From Oikopleura dioica (taxonomy: Eukaryota > Animalia > Chordata), in the NCBI GenBank assembly GCA_907165135.1, contig OU015567.1:4960001-5024000 (forward strand): a stretch of 64,000 nt of DNA, read 5' to 3'. This document shows, piece after piece, positions 47,040-58,980 of this stretch (position 1 is its first letter; every line of letters begins with the position of its first letter). The position numbers and the translations under genes were made by a program. The notes beneath the pieces were generated by a model. It was not told the DNA's origin, did not search any database, and saw nothing but the letters and a program-made list of their open reading frames with translations.

Positions 47040-48039
47040 CAGGGATGTGCCTTCGCAGTGCGGATTCCGCACTAAACTTCGCAGTGCGAAGTGCGATTGC
47101 GGAAATTTCGCACTTCGCACCGCACTCAGACCTGATATTTTTTCATCGCACCGCACTTCGCACTTTCCGCAAAATTTTTGAAAAGTGCGATTCTTTTCGC
47201 AGTCGTATCCCGCACTATTTAACCTTCATCGCACTTCGCACTTTGCGGATTCTGCGGTCCATTTGCCGACAATTTCTGTTAATTTTTGTCTTTTTGGGCC
47301 GTCTCAGCCCCGTTCCATGATTTTTGAGTTTAAGGGGCTTGACGGCCCTTCGGGCCAGGCATATAAATTCGCTTGGCGATTTTCGCCAAAAGCGAAAGCG
47401 AAGCGAAGGCGAATCGAAAATTTCGCTTTCGCCCCCCGAAAATGACACTCCTGATGTTCGCTTCGCTTCCGCTTTTTGTCCCCGATTTTCGCCAAAAATT
47501 CGCTTTCGCCGAGGCCTCGCTTTCGCAAAATTTTCGCTTCTGGCAAATCTTCGCCAAAATTTCGTCTCAGCCCCAATCCATGATTTGTAAGTTTAAGGGG
47601 CTTGACAAAGGCTTTGAACTCTGAGTTGATCAAGCTTAGTTCTGTCCCCAACCCCACCCACACCCGTCACATAAAAAATTCAAATTATCATTGTTTGAAG
47701 CTCAATTATGGTTATGATTGAAAGTTTTGAAAATTATTTCTATTCTGGGCGTGGGAGAAATTTTCGGCGATTTTTATTCATTTTTCCTTCTCTCTCAAAA
47801 AATCGCAATTTTTTCGCACTTTTCATTTATTTTCCGCACTTCGCACTTTCGCACTTCCGCACTTTCCGCACTATCGCACAATTTTCCGCAATTTTTGTCC
47901 ACATTTCGCACTTCGCACTCTGCGTCGCACTGCGAAGAAAAATTTGAAAAATCGCACTTCGCACCGCAGAAAAACCCGCAAAAAAAATCGCACTTCGCAC
48001 CGCACCGCACTCGAAAAAAAAGCAAAAGGCACATCCCTG
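47040..48039. mobile_element. Non-autonomous hAT element with GCACTTC-type repeats
   Basis: TIR CAGGGATGTGCC; exact 8-bp TSD CTGGGGAG (47032-47039 and 48040-48047). It contains a one-ended piece of the 41701 family at 47356-47566. Confidence 0.93.
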
Positions 48040-49253
48040 CTGGGGAGGATAAGCCCCTTACAAGCCCTACTGTCGCCTTTTCTCGACAGTTAACTTTCTT
48101 GATCAATGATCATGACCCGCAGATTAAGTGCCGATGCCCTTAATCATTTGCCATTTGCCGTAATTGCTAAGCCCGTTCTTTCGAAAAATTCTGAAGAAAA
48201 GGGCTGCTTAGAAGCATCGCCAGGTGAGAAGGTCGTTAGTTTTGTAATATTCGCAAGTTCAAGCGTAACGACTTACACCCGAAACCAAACAAAAATGTGA
48301 GCATAATAATCACAAAACTTCGAAAACAAATTTTTTTCTGAACGAATTCGCTTGAGAAAATATTCCTTCACAAAATTATTCGACCGAAAAATTCCTGAAA
48401 TTTTATTGGTCTACTGGGGAAATGCGTGAATCTGATAGGTCAAAAATTTGAGAAATGTTTTTGATCGAAATTGTCAGATTTTTATTTGATTTTCTCAGAA
48501 AAATTGAAAACCATAAAAAGTATCAAAATTTTTGAATTCCGATTTTTATATTTTTTAAGATTTTGAAAGAACATTTTAAAAATTGATATTCCCTGCATTT
48601 CTTGAAAAAACTGAGAATCATTAACATAATTCTATTTGAATAAAAAAAACACTATTTTGATTTGAATAATTGTTATCAGAAAAAATTCTGACAGTTTATT
48701 GACTTGTTAATAGTGCAGTTTTTTAAAAGGTTAAAACATCAAAAAAGACAATAAAAAGGCGCTCCCTTCTATCGTCTTAGTTTTTAGCAGGCTTTTTTTT
48801 TTGAACATGTAGGATATTCAGAAGTCTATTACGTAATAATGTACAGTTGAACTTGCGGCGTTTTTGATATGAAGCGTTTTGCTCCTTGTTATTTCGATAT
48901 TTACAGTATGAATACAGTTACAGTTTTCGAGCGCAAAAGAGCTTGAAAAGTTTTTCTTATCGTCGGTTTTCGTGATAATTTTTGTTTGGCAAAGAAGATT
49001 AGTTTTCGCTCCATTTTCGCGTGGAAATTGATGGAATATGGTGGATCGTCTTGTTCTTATTGAATTTTTCGTCGTTTATAATTTTTGGTGGGCGTCAGAT
49101 GAAGAGGCGGAAGTGGGATAGTGTTCAAGCATTTCGAGGATTCCGAGGTCGCTGGAGGATGATGGAATTACGCGGCTAAAAAGATAGTCAATAAAGAGAT
49201 TTTCAATATAGAAAGCAAAATTGAAGACGGTTCATATATGAGCATTTCGTTAA

Positions 49254-49561
49254 CCCTTGCGCGTATATTGACCAATTTGTTGGCAGATTCAAAATCATAG
49301 AGAGAGGTGCTATCTTTCGAGTCAAAAGGAAGCTCGAAGGATAAGGGATGATGTCTGGAACCGACAAAAATTCCGACAAAATTTGCGTAGGCTACTCGGC
49401 TGCTGATTGTCCGGTTTGCTGGATAAAGGCTTCTGATTGGTTGAACATTTCCACGCAAAATTTGTCGAATCTTTTTGTCGGTTCCGGACACTTCCCCAAG
49501 GATAACCCTCCTATTTTCAAAAACGAATCTGCCAACAAATTGGTTAATATGCGCGCAGGGG
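49254..49561. mobile_element. piggyBac-like MITE containing a family C MITE
   Basis: TTAA|CCCTTGCGCGTATATTGACCAATTTGTTGGCAGATTC ... GAATCTGCCAACAAATTGGTTAATATGCGCGCAGGGG|TTAA. Confidence 0.85.
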
Positions 49562-49849
49562 TTAACGAAAAAGCAGTAACACTAGAAGATGCCGTTTTTC
49601 TTCATTAAAAATCATGTCATCATCAAGAACCCCTGGCAATTATATTATTTTGGAAATAAATATTCTTCTCTGAAGCGCCATAAACTGGTTATAAACCAGT
49701 TAAAATCTCCCCCAATCTGATAATAATTAGTTTCTAAGCTTGTCCGCATTAAAAAATATTTTCGTTTGGTGGTTCACCAAGCGGTTTTGCTAAGTCGCGT
49801 CAGAGATTTACTATTTCAAAAACTGGTTATTACAGAAACTGGTGGTCCC

Positions 49850-52800
49850 GCGAGAAATTGATGCTTTCGTAACTTTCTTTTTCTAGAACTTTTTTTCTTA
49901 CCGTTCGCGTCTGATTGAACCGGACCAGGAAGAAGAGTCGGCGAAAATGAAGTGTCCCGATTTGAAGCAAATTTCTTGCTCGAAAAGGGAAAATACTTCG
50001 TGCATATTTTTCTCCAAGAAATCGCAGTTTGCGTATGATCCCTCAACGTATTTCAAGCTGTCAGCCGTCGACTACAAAAATCTTGTTTAGCGAGCGCAAC
50101 TTTTAGATGAAGCTCAATCGCGAAAGACGATTAAATTTTGCATTTCTTCATGTTTTTTCGACTCAAAAAATGACTCAAAAAAGTTATCAATCTTACACAA
50201 TTTTTTCGAAAAATTTTTTTTTGAATATTTAACTCAGTGATACCCTTATTTTGTCAAGAAAAATCTTTTTTTTTCTTCAGGAAATTAAGGGTATCACTTT
50301 GCTAAATTTTCAGAAAAAAGGTGTTAAAAAATAGGAGTAACGTCTTGTCTACCCCCTTAAGACACTTTTAACATTTTACTCAGTGATACCCTTATTTTAT
50401 AAAGAAAGCATCCCTTTTTTCGTGAAATTAAGGGTATCACTTTGTTAAATTTTCAAGAAAAAGCTGTTCAAAAATTGGGGTAATGACCTGTCTACCACCT
50501 TAATCCCCCTTCTCCCCGCTTTAAATGGGGAGGGGGGTCCTTAATGAACAAGCCTACCTTTCCATTAATCTTTCTTCCAGGATATTTGCTCCTCAAAATC
50601 GTCTGCGTCAAGCCAACAACTTCAGCAATAAATTGTTGTTGCTCAAATTCACGTTGAGAAAAAAAAGATCAGCTTTTCCTAATTCTATGTTTCTTTGGTC
50701 ATTATCTCAAGTTTCGAATCTCAAAATTTTCACAAGCAGCTGATCTCACTCAGAAAGCGAAACTCTCATTGGAACTCAGCTGGGGATACATTTGACTGAG
50801 AAAACAACGAGATGATCTTAGTTATCGTGAAACTGGATATTCATTAACAAGAATTTCATTTCGGCTAATTTTTGTTTTAACTGTGGTCAATAGCGGTCCA
50901 CCGTGGTTATTCGCGGTTGACCGTGGTTCTTCGCGGTTAACCCTGGTTTGTCGCGGTTAACCGTGATAATTGGCAGTAAACCCTGGTTCTTCGCGTGGTT
51001 ACCGTGGTTATTCGTGGTCAACCGTGGTTTTTCGCGGTTAACCGTGGTAAGTTGTGGTTCACGACGGTTTTAATCGATTTCAACGCGTTCCTGAGTAGGT
51101 GTTGCGACGTAAAAGATGACATCATCGCTTGCTTTTGGAATTCTCGACTCCAAAAAGCTTGAAAAGGGGATTATGACCTGATAAGGATTGGAAAAGCCAA
51201 ACCTGGCGAGGGAGAGAGCGAACTTATCAGCCGTCATGTTCATCACAATCGAGCAGATTTTCGAGCGGTTGGCGTTTCGGTTGGCATTTCGCGATTCCTT
51301 TGAGCAGCTGCGTTCCCAGTCTTCTTTATCGAAGCGGTAGTGGATTGCAACATATTCTCCTGAAGAAAGAATGAAGAAAAAAAAGCTCCCCGAATCGGTG
51401 CTGCTGTCTGTTGAAGCCGCTTTCTTACCTGAAACAGAAGATTCGCCGAGAAAATCAACAGCCATGTTTCTGACGAACTCCGGTCTTGGCGTGTAGTGGA
51501 TGATATTTCGACCTGAAATAAATCTTCTTTACTTACTGAATTGAGCAAAGAAGCAAGCTGCTTCATTTTAGAATCTGCAAAAGTATTGTTAAGAGAACAA
51601 GCAGATGGGCAAAATCTGCGCCACTAAGTAACATTTTTTTTATTTTACATGAGCACAGGTTTTTCAGGGGGTTTCGCAAGTGCTTAGTAAGCAGTTTAGA
51701 AAAATAACAAGCCGCAAGGGGTTAAAAGCAAGGGTGATATGAACATGAAACTGAGGTTTACTGCTAGTTCGAAGGACTTACTGTTATGCTACTGTCTAAA
51801 AAATCGGCTCGAAAACCTGTGTCGAAAACCTGAAAGATCTTTGAGCACCCTGACTCAGGTTTTTAGACAAGTTTTCGAGCCAAGCCTTAAAAAACCAAAG
51901 ATCAGCGTAAGCATGCGCGTACGATTTAAATTGAGCCCAGCTCATTTTCCCCGATCTCAATTATCTACGCATCTAAGTAAGCTCAACACCTGCCCCGATT
52001 TTGAAATCAGAGAAACAAGAAAATTTCAATTATTTTCCATTCAAAGAAGTTTTTCGAAGAAAAAAAAACGAATTTTGCGAATTTTGAACTTACCAATTAT
52101 GTCATTTTTGTCGTTTTTAGAGTGAGCCGTGAGGTAAGGAAAGAGCATCACTGCCAACTCCGAGTCTTAGTAATGGGATAACAACCTCCTTCTCCTTTTT
52201 CTAGAGCTTCAAGAAGGGAAAGCTGGGATCCGCTCCTGATGGATACAGCTCGTCCCATTTCGTCGTCGAATATTCATTCCGCAAGTCAGTTTCTAGCGTC
52301 GCATCTTCTGGAAGAACCTTTGGACCAAAGTAGTTTTGCATAGCTTCGCCGTGGGAGCCCTTGACAGCGGACCAGTTGACCATCTGAAAATCGAATTAAA
52401 CGAGAGCTGACAAATATACATTCACTTGTCAAAGTCCCTTTCCTTTTCTCCCGCCGATTTTTTCTGTTTGAAAGATTTTTGAAGGAGGCTTAGTTGTTTC
52501 CCAGAAAAATTCAGGGAACAAAATGTGGAATGTTTCGACTCAAAAGCGTTAATTTCAAAAAAAAAAAAAAAGAAATTTAACCCACGAAAAGCAAATGGCC
52601 AAATTTGTGCCTTTTTCTGAAAAAATCAAGCCCCTTTTTCTTTTCATAAGAAAAAGTCTGTAATAAGTCACGTGACAGCGCAATTAGTGCTTAAAAGTGC
52701 CCAATCTTGAAAAAGCGGCTGAGAATACGGCACTAGAATTTTTCAAGAGCGCGTCTCTCATCTTGTGCGCTTATAAAAGTACAGACTGGCTTCTTCGCCG

Positions 52801-55450
52801 AATTTGATTACCCAACACGTTCCAAGACCGAGATTCTTTCAGGAAAGAAAAGAAAGAAAAATGAACTAAAAAGATTTGCTTACCTCAAGACCAGTTGTTG
52901 ATTCGAATTTCTTTACTCGACCAAGGCGGGAAGCAGAAGCTAAAATATTGAATAAATTTTACAATAAAAAATTTAAAATAAAAATCGAGAAGCCGCTTGC
53001 GGCTTCGAGCCAAAAAAAATTGGAGCCGCGCGAAGCGCGGCTTTTATCTTTCTCGAGCTCGAAGCCGCAAGCGGCTTCTCGATTTTTATTAATTTTATTC
53101 AATTATTGAAAGCTCAAGTGAATTTGAGTATTGACAACTGGAAACGTCTGAGTAGGATGCTTGAAAAACTTACGAGTTGATCCTTTTCCGCCCTCTCCAC
53201 CGAGTCCTCTGGCGACCAAAACATCATCGACCTCGTTTTTCGGCAAGTTGTGAAAGTCGATTGTGCTGACGAGCTGCCTAACCTTTCCAATGTCTATTCT
53301 TACCCCGGCATCAACAATGCCGTTTGGATCGTTGTCGTCCGTAAAGTGACGATACATTGGAGGAATCACGAATGTTCTTTTTTCGAGTCAGAAATTTTTC
53401 AAGATGGAGTGATCATTCATGAAGTGAAGGCTGATTTAACCCGTTGCGACATTTTGAGACAGATGGATTAACAAGGGCAAGAAAACGGGCCGCTTCTGAT
53501 GAATAACAACGTCATCAGTCTTTTTCTAGAGCTGGAAATAGATTTCGACCAATGAAAATTCATGAACTATAAAAACGATATTGGCTCGATCTATCTACCA
53601 TATCTGATAAGGCTTATCACTTGAATACATCGGACAAATGGCCTTCTTTGAGGCCAGCTGAGAAAAACAGCTGTTTTGGGGAATAAAGCACGAATTTCGG
53701 TGAATTTTTCATAAAATAAAATGAGAATCTAAAGCTCGTAATGCAATGAAATCTTCGTCGTTAATTTACTTCTTCTTGAAAAATTTTAACAAAATGAAGC
53801 ATAACCCATTTCAATTGCGCAATTGCTAATCATCTCCCTGACAACTGATACTGAAACTCGTTTTTTTATGAAAAAATAAGTGGAGGTGTCTTGAACCGAC
53901 AAAAGAATTTCGACAAATTTTGCATGGGCGGCTTCTCGGCTGCTGATTGCCCGGTTGCCAAATCAGGCTTCTGATTGGTTGAAAATTTCTACCCAAAATT
54001 TGTCGAATTTTTTTTTGTCGGTTCCGGACACCTCCACATATGAAAACGATCTTTTCTCGATCTATCCACTTTATCTGATAAAGCTTATCACTTGAAATCA
54101 TCAAACAGATTGCCATTTTTGAGGCCAGCTGGGAAAAGAATTTGGAAAACAGCTGTTTATGGGAATAAAACTAGAATTTCGGTGAAATTTTCATGAAATA
54201 AAATGAAAATCTTAACCTAAAGTTTTAAGTAGAATTTCTTCGTCTGTTTATAACCATTGTTTATAATTTTTGACGAAAATGAAGCAAAAGCTTTTTTAAT
54301 CGCTCGTTAGCAAAAGTTATGGAAAAATAAACCGTCAAAATAAAGAATTCTCCTGTTGAAATTGTTGATTGAGATTTCGTTGGGTTTAATTTTTTGATCG
54401 TTTAATTTTCAACTTCCGAAATCAAATAATTTAATTTTGCGATCGCCCGCTTCGACACGTTTTAAATCAGTGGCGTAACTTGAACGGATTTCCCCGAGTG
54501 GATAATGCATATTTTTGTTATGCAACTGCCGCCGCACGTTTTCAACGATAATTCTTTCAAATAGCTGTTTGTCTAACTTTACTCGCAGACTTCCCCAAAA
54601 GCAGACGAAATGGTGGGTTTTGGGAAGGAGACAGTTTTGTAATCGTGGGAAGGAAAATATTTTACGAAAGTATTCATTATGGTTTGAGAGATCGATAAAT
54701 TCGAGCCAAAAGAGCAGAAAAGCCGCGAGAAAAAAGTCGGCTTATTTTTTGACTCAAAAGCGTGGCCCATTTTGAGCTACTTTTTTTTTGATGAAATCAT
54801 CATTTTTATATTCTAAAATTATGCTCTAGAATTCGTTTTTTCGGCTCTAAAAGCAACTTTGAAATGTGAAAAAATGCTGAAATATGTCCCTGAAAAGTGA
54901 GCAATTCATAAGAAGAATTTAAAAGGGAACTGTTCTACAAACAAAAAACTGGCATTTTTCAGCAAAATATTTCAGAGAGTGATGATTCACTGATGAAGCT
55001 TGATTTTTTCATGAAAAAGTTGTTGTTTCAAAAATGCCTCGAAATATTTACTCCCACGTAAGACAACGTTTCTGGAGCCAAGGAGCGAATCTTGAAGTCA
55101 AGTGTCCGGCAAGACCGCTCTTCCGGGAAAATAAAGCTTATTGACAAAATAACATATATTTTAAGGAAAAACTTCTAGCGCCAAATATCCAAGAAAGGAA
55201 TAATTTTCTGACTTTTCCTGTTGAGCGCAATTGCCATGGCAATCGTCTCCCGAAAGCCCTCAACCTGGTTCATTGGTCCCCAGATCAGAGCAGGGAGAAG
55301 GAATCTAGAAGGGTTAGTTTCGTAAATCGGGTCTACCTTTATGCTCCAATCTTGAGTCGCTGGAGCAACGCAGCTCAATCGCTCGGACAGTTTTTCTGTC
55401 GTCGTTTCGGTCGTTGATCCTTGAGTCGTCGTTGCTGTTGTTGATTCCTT
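49850..55450 (-). CDS. GDP-fucose protein O-fucosyltransferase-like glycosyltransferase; both ends and the middle joins approximate
   Basis: Colinear motifs: FLLPALIWGPMNQVEGFRETIAMAIALNR|TFVIPPMYRHF; TPRPEFVR; YVAIHYRFDKEDW..SC; FYVATP; FSLFEQEICFKSGHFIFADSSSWS. These match O-FucT (POFUT1/2-like) family motifs. Confidence 0.8.
50215..50502. repeat. Diverged tandem duplication (~165-bp unit) ending in CC(A/C)CCTTAA
   Basis: ACTCAGTGATACCCTTATTTT...AAGGGTATCACTTTG...GTCTACC occurs twice. Each unit has an internal GTGATACCCTT/AAGGGTATCAC inverted pair. Confidence 0.75.
50890..51070. repeat. 10-bp periodic repeat (ACCGTGGTT/TCGCGGTT)
   Basis: Directly visible; related to 29358-29497. Confidence 0.85.
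52981..53086. mobile_element. MITE family B: triple-hairpin palindromic element, full copy
   Basis: Perfect 30-bp TIR, each arm containing GAAGCCGC(TT/AA)GCGGCTTC, plus a central AGCCGCGCGAAGCGCGGCT hairpin. Other copies at 17031-17390 (split), ~39897-40088, 57497-57581, 58028-58117, 63083-63300 and 63705-63727. Confidence 0.9.
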
Positions 55451-56565
55451 TTTTATTGTTGAAAAAAAAATTCAAATAAAAAATTTGTCTTTCTAAAATT
55501 ATTTTCTGCAAAAAATCTGGCGAACGTGAACCCGCGTCTACTCAACTCAGATTTGATTAAAAAACCACGTCCGCTGGTCCCGAAGAGCCCGCAAGAGCTG
55601 TTTCGTAAGAGACATGTCTTTGATATTCCGTTTTCGCGAAAAAAGGCATTCTTGTGCGCGAAAGAATGAAACACGGCTCATTTCAAAACGGCTCAAAAGA
55701 AAAGATTCTAATTTTTTCCATTTTTTCGCTCTAAAATTCTTTTTTCGCGCCGAGTTCCAAAAATTCGCGCGCTTGCGAAACTTGAGCTTCCGCTTAATTT
55801 CTTTTAACGAGCAGTGCGGCTCAAGAACTGTAGCTCGCCAATTACCTGGCTTCTAATTAACAACACGTCTGATTCGAAATTTCTAAACCTCTCCTCAACC
55901 CTCTCAACCAATCCTGTCATTAAATTTTCCAAAGCCTCTGAGTGAGGGTCTCATAAGCGCAACCCAAGGATAACATCAGGGAATGAATACCGAAAATAAG
56001 CTTCAAAATTTAGAAACATTTACTATTTCAATGGATTTTATAAAATTGAAAGCCGCGTAGCGGCTTTCTCAAAATCGAAGCCGCGAAGCGGCTTCGTAAA
56101 AATTTCAATTTTATTCTTATGCAAAAATCTTGCGAAGCCGCTTTGCGGCTTCGTCTTTTAAAAAGCCGCTATGCCGCTTTTCATTGAATTTATTTTCAGA
56201 CCCTGACTCAGGTTTTCTACTCAGGTCGCCGATTTCAGGCTGAATATATCAAGTTCTTACAAATCTTTATTTTCTGAAATTATCTGAAAACTATACTTTA
56301 TAAAGAAAACGTAAGGAAATCCCTCAAAGAATTTTTGGCGGTCGAAAATTACCGGTACACGACTGACTGTCTGAATATAAATGCAATTCATTGATCAGTT
56401 TTAGCCATGATGTTCATGGAAATCTAAGCTGCTACCTCATCAGATTTTTTCCCTAGCCACTTATTGCTCCTCAAAAACTGACGCAAAAAACTCACTCGCC
56501 TCTAAAATTTTTAAGAGCTCGATTAGTAAAAACTCGGCTCGAGTGAAACTTGATTAAACTAAGTG

Positions 56566-58980
56566 TTAGATCATCTCTCTTGGCCTCTCGCTTAGAATTT
56601 CTTTTTCGACAATTTCCTGAGTCGTCGTTTCTTCCAAAAGGGAGTCGTCTCTGTATTCTTCGTCGAGGTCTTCTTCCACCATTTTGAGTTTGCGGAGGTT
56701 GTATTGGACAGTGTCTTGGAGTTTTTCGATCGGAATGTCGGGGATTTCACGTGACTAGAAAAAAGAAAGGGTTAGATTTTTTGGTCATCTTTCAAGAAGA
56801 ACGCTTCGAATCAAAACAAAATGCGAAAAAATGAGATCGATTTTTGTTGCATTTTTTTCTGAAATCTGATTGGCCCATCGGCCGAATTCGGCCATCTGAT
56901 TGGTCAACCGAACTTATGGTCAAAATAATCGAACTTAAAAGACAAATCTTTCCGTCGACAATTTTGACCAAAATTTCAATAGAATTTCGGCCAATAAGAT
57001 TTCCGCATTCCGAAATCCCACCCGATATCTCCTAAATCACGTTTTAATGAAGCCCTGAAAAACGTTTTTTTTTCTTCATAAAATATTTTTTGGAAGATGA
57101 ACTTTTCGCTCGATTTTCCGGCCTCGAATCCCGCTGTATAAAAACTGCCAAGCAACGAAAAAAATCGACCTTTTCGTTCGTTGTTTAGAGCATTTCTAAA
57201 CCAAAGTGTCAAATATATAAAAACGCTGACGGCGACGGAATAAACTTATTTCCGGACAACCACGTGGGCGGATTTTCTGAGCTTCAACGAAATCAAATGT
57301 TACGAAAAGTGTTGCAAAGCTTTTGAGAAAAAAAGGGACGTGGCGAAAAAGTGCAAAAGAGGGGGTTATGCGGCCGATCGCGTTTTTGAGCGAAATGAAT
57401 ATTTTGACGCATAAACCCTCTGAATTCTCCACGCTTTCTATTTGAGCCGAAAAGAATGCTCAGCAACCAAAGAAAACAAAAATGTGGACGAAAAGCAAAA
57501 AGCCGCTTGCGGCTTCGAGTATGAGCCGCGATCTGCGCGGCTAATATTTTATTTTGGCTCGAAGCCGCAAGCGGCTTCTCGATTTTGTTTTAGATTTTTG
57601 GTTAAAAAAATTATTGATTTTTCGAACCAAAATTTGGGAAAATCGACGAACCGATTGCAATAAAATTAAAGCCTTTTAGAAAGATATTTGATGAGCTCGT
57701 GGAATTCCAAAACCCCCTGATCAACTCAAAAAAATCAAAAAACGAAAATCAAATAAAATCGCCGCTGCCAAAATTACAACTCGGCGGGGCGATTTCATTA
57801 AGGCGAACCCAACCATTTCCCATCTCTGTCAAAATTTATTCAGAAGAGTCGAAAGCGGTTGAAAACGGTATTTTACCTGGCGGCTGATGACACGGGACGA
57901 GAGATCTTCGGATTCAAAGTTGAGATAGGCCGCTCCAATGCCCAGTCCGGCGCAGAGGGCAAAGGCACCTAAAATAAAGATAATTATTTTTTTTCACAAT
58001 TTTGATAAATTTCAGCCTCAAAATCGAAAAGCCGCTTGCGGCTTTCAGCTCTTAAAAGAAAAACTCCGCGCAAAGCGCGGCTTCATTTTTTTCGATCTCA
58101 AAGCCGCAAGCGGTTTTTCGATTTTTCGGCTCAAATATAAAAAAATGCGATTTTTGAGTAGTTCAAACCTAGGGTCGTTGATTTGAGTTCCGACCAACCC
58201 AGCCTAAGATTTTTTTTCTTAATTTGGTCGGTGGTCGGATTTGGTCGGACGATGGTCGGTTTTAGGTCAGTTTTGGTCGGGTTGGTCGGTTTTTGGTCGG
58301 AAACCTACGTTCAACTGCCACAATAAAATGCCTCGAGCGCTCCCATATTGAAAAAAAAATGCTTTTCTATTGTCTTAAACACAACCCAACCCGATCGAAA
58401 ACCGACTACCGACCGACCAAAAACCGACCAAAAAGTAAGGCGACTCGACCCACCAAAGCGACCACGGATTTCGCCCGATTTCTGGGAGACCGACCAACCC
58501 GACCTGCGAAAATGGTGGTCGGTGCCGACCCTAGGTTCAAACAGCATTTTTTTATCAACATCGTTTTCTGTCGTTTGGAAAAAATGATGTAAGAAAAATC
58601 CCCTCCCCTCTTTTTCTGATTTCCTTCCTTTCTAAAATAACATCCCTTATCGCCTCAAAAATGGCCCGGTGCTAAAACATTATTCTTGACATTCGCCGTC
58701 TCGAAATTCAAAAGAGTCTAATCTTTTCTCCAGGAAGATCGAGCTTCCTCTTCTCGCCAAATCCGATATCTCCTCCTTCGCACGCGAAATGTTGCGCTAA
58801 GATTGGATCCGGCAGATTGGATGGACCCACCCTCGACCAAGAAATAACACTTCAACTTACCGAATAAATTTTGGCCAAGGCGAGACGTCTTCTGTCGCTC
58901 GCTCATTTTCTTTAGTGACAAGTTGCGCGATGTACTTTTATCAAGTCTCTCTTTCGCGGAGCTGGTGTTCTTCTTATTAA
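56566..58980 (-). CDS. Probable multi-exon hypothetical gene with an acidic last exon
   Basis: Last exon SREIPDIPIEKLQDTVQYNLRKLKMVEEDLDEEY...REMI* (56755-56566). Upstream codon-like segments lie at ~58620-58950; the joins are unresolved. Confidence 0.4.
58169..58534. mobile_element. hAT-like MITE with GGTCG/CGACC subterminal repeats
   Basis: TIR CTAGGGTCG; exact 8-bp TSD GTTCAAAC (58161-58168 and 58535-58542). Confidence 0.9.
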
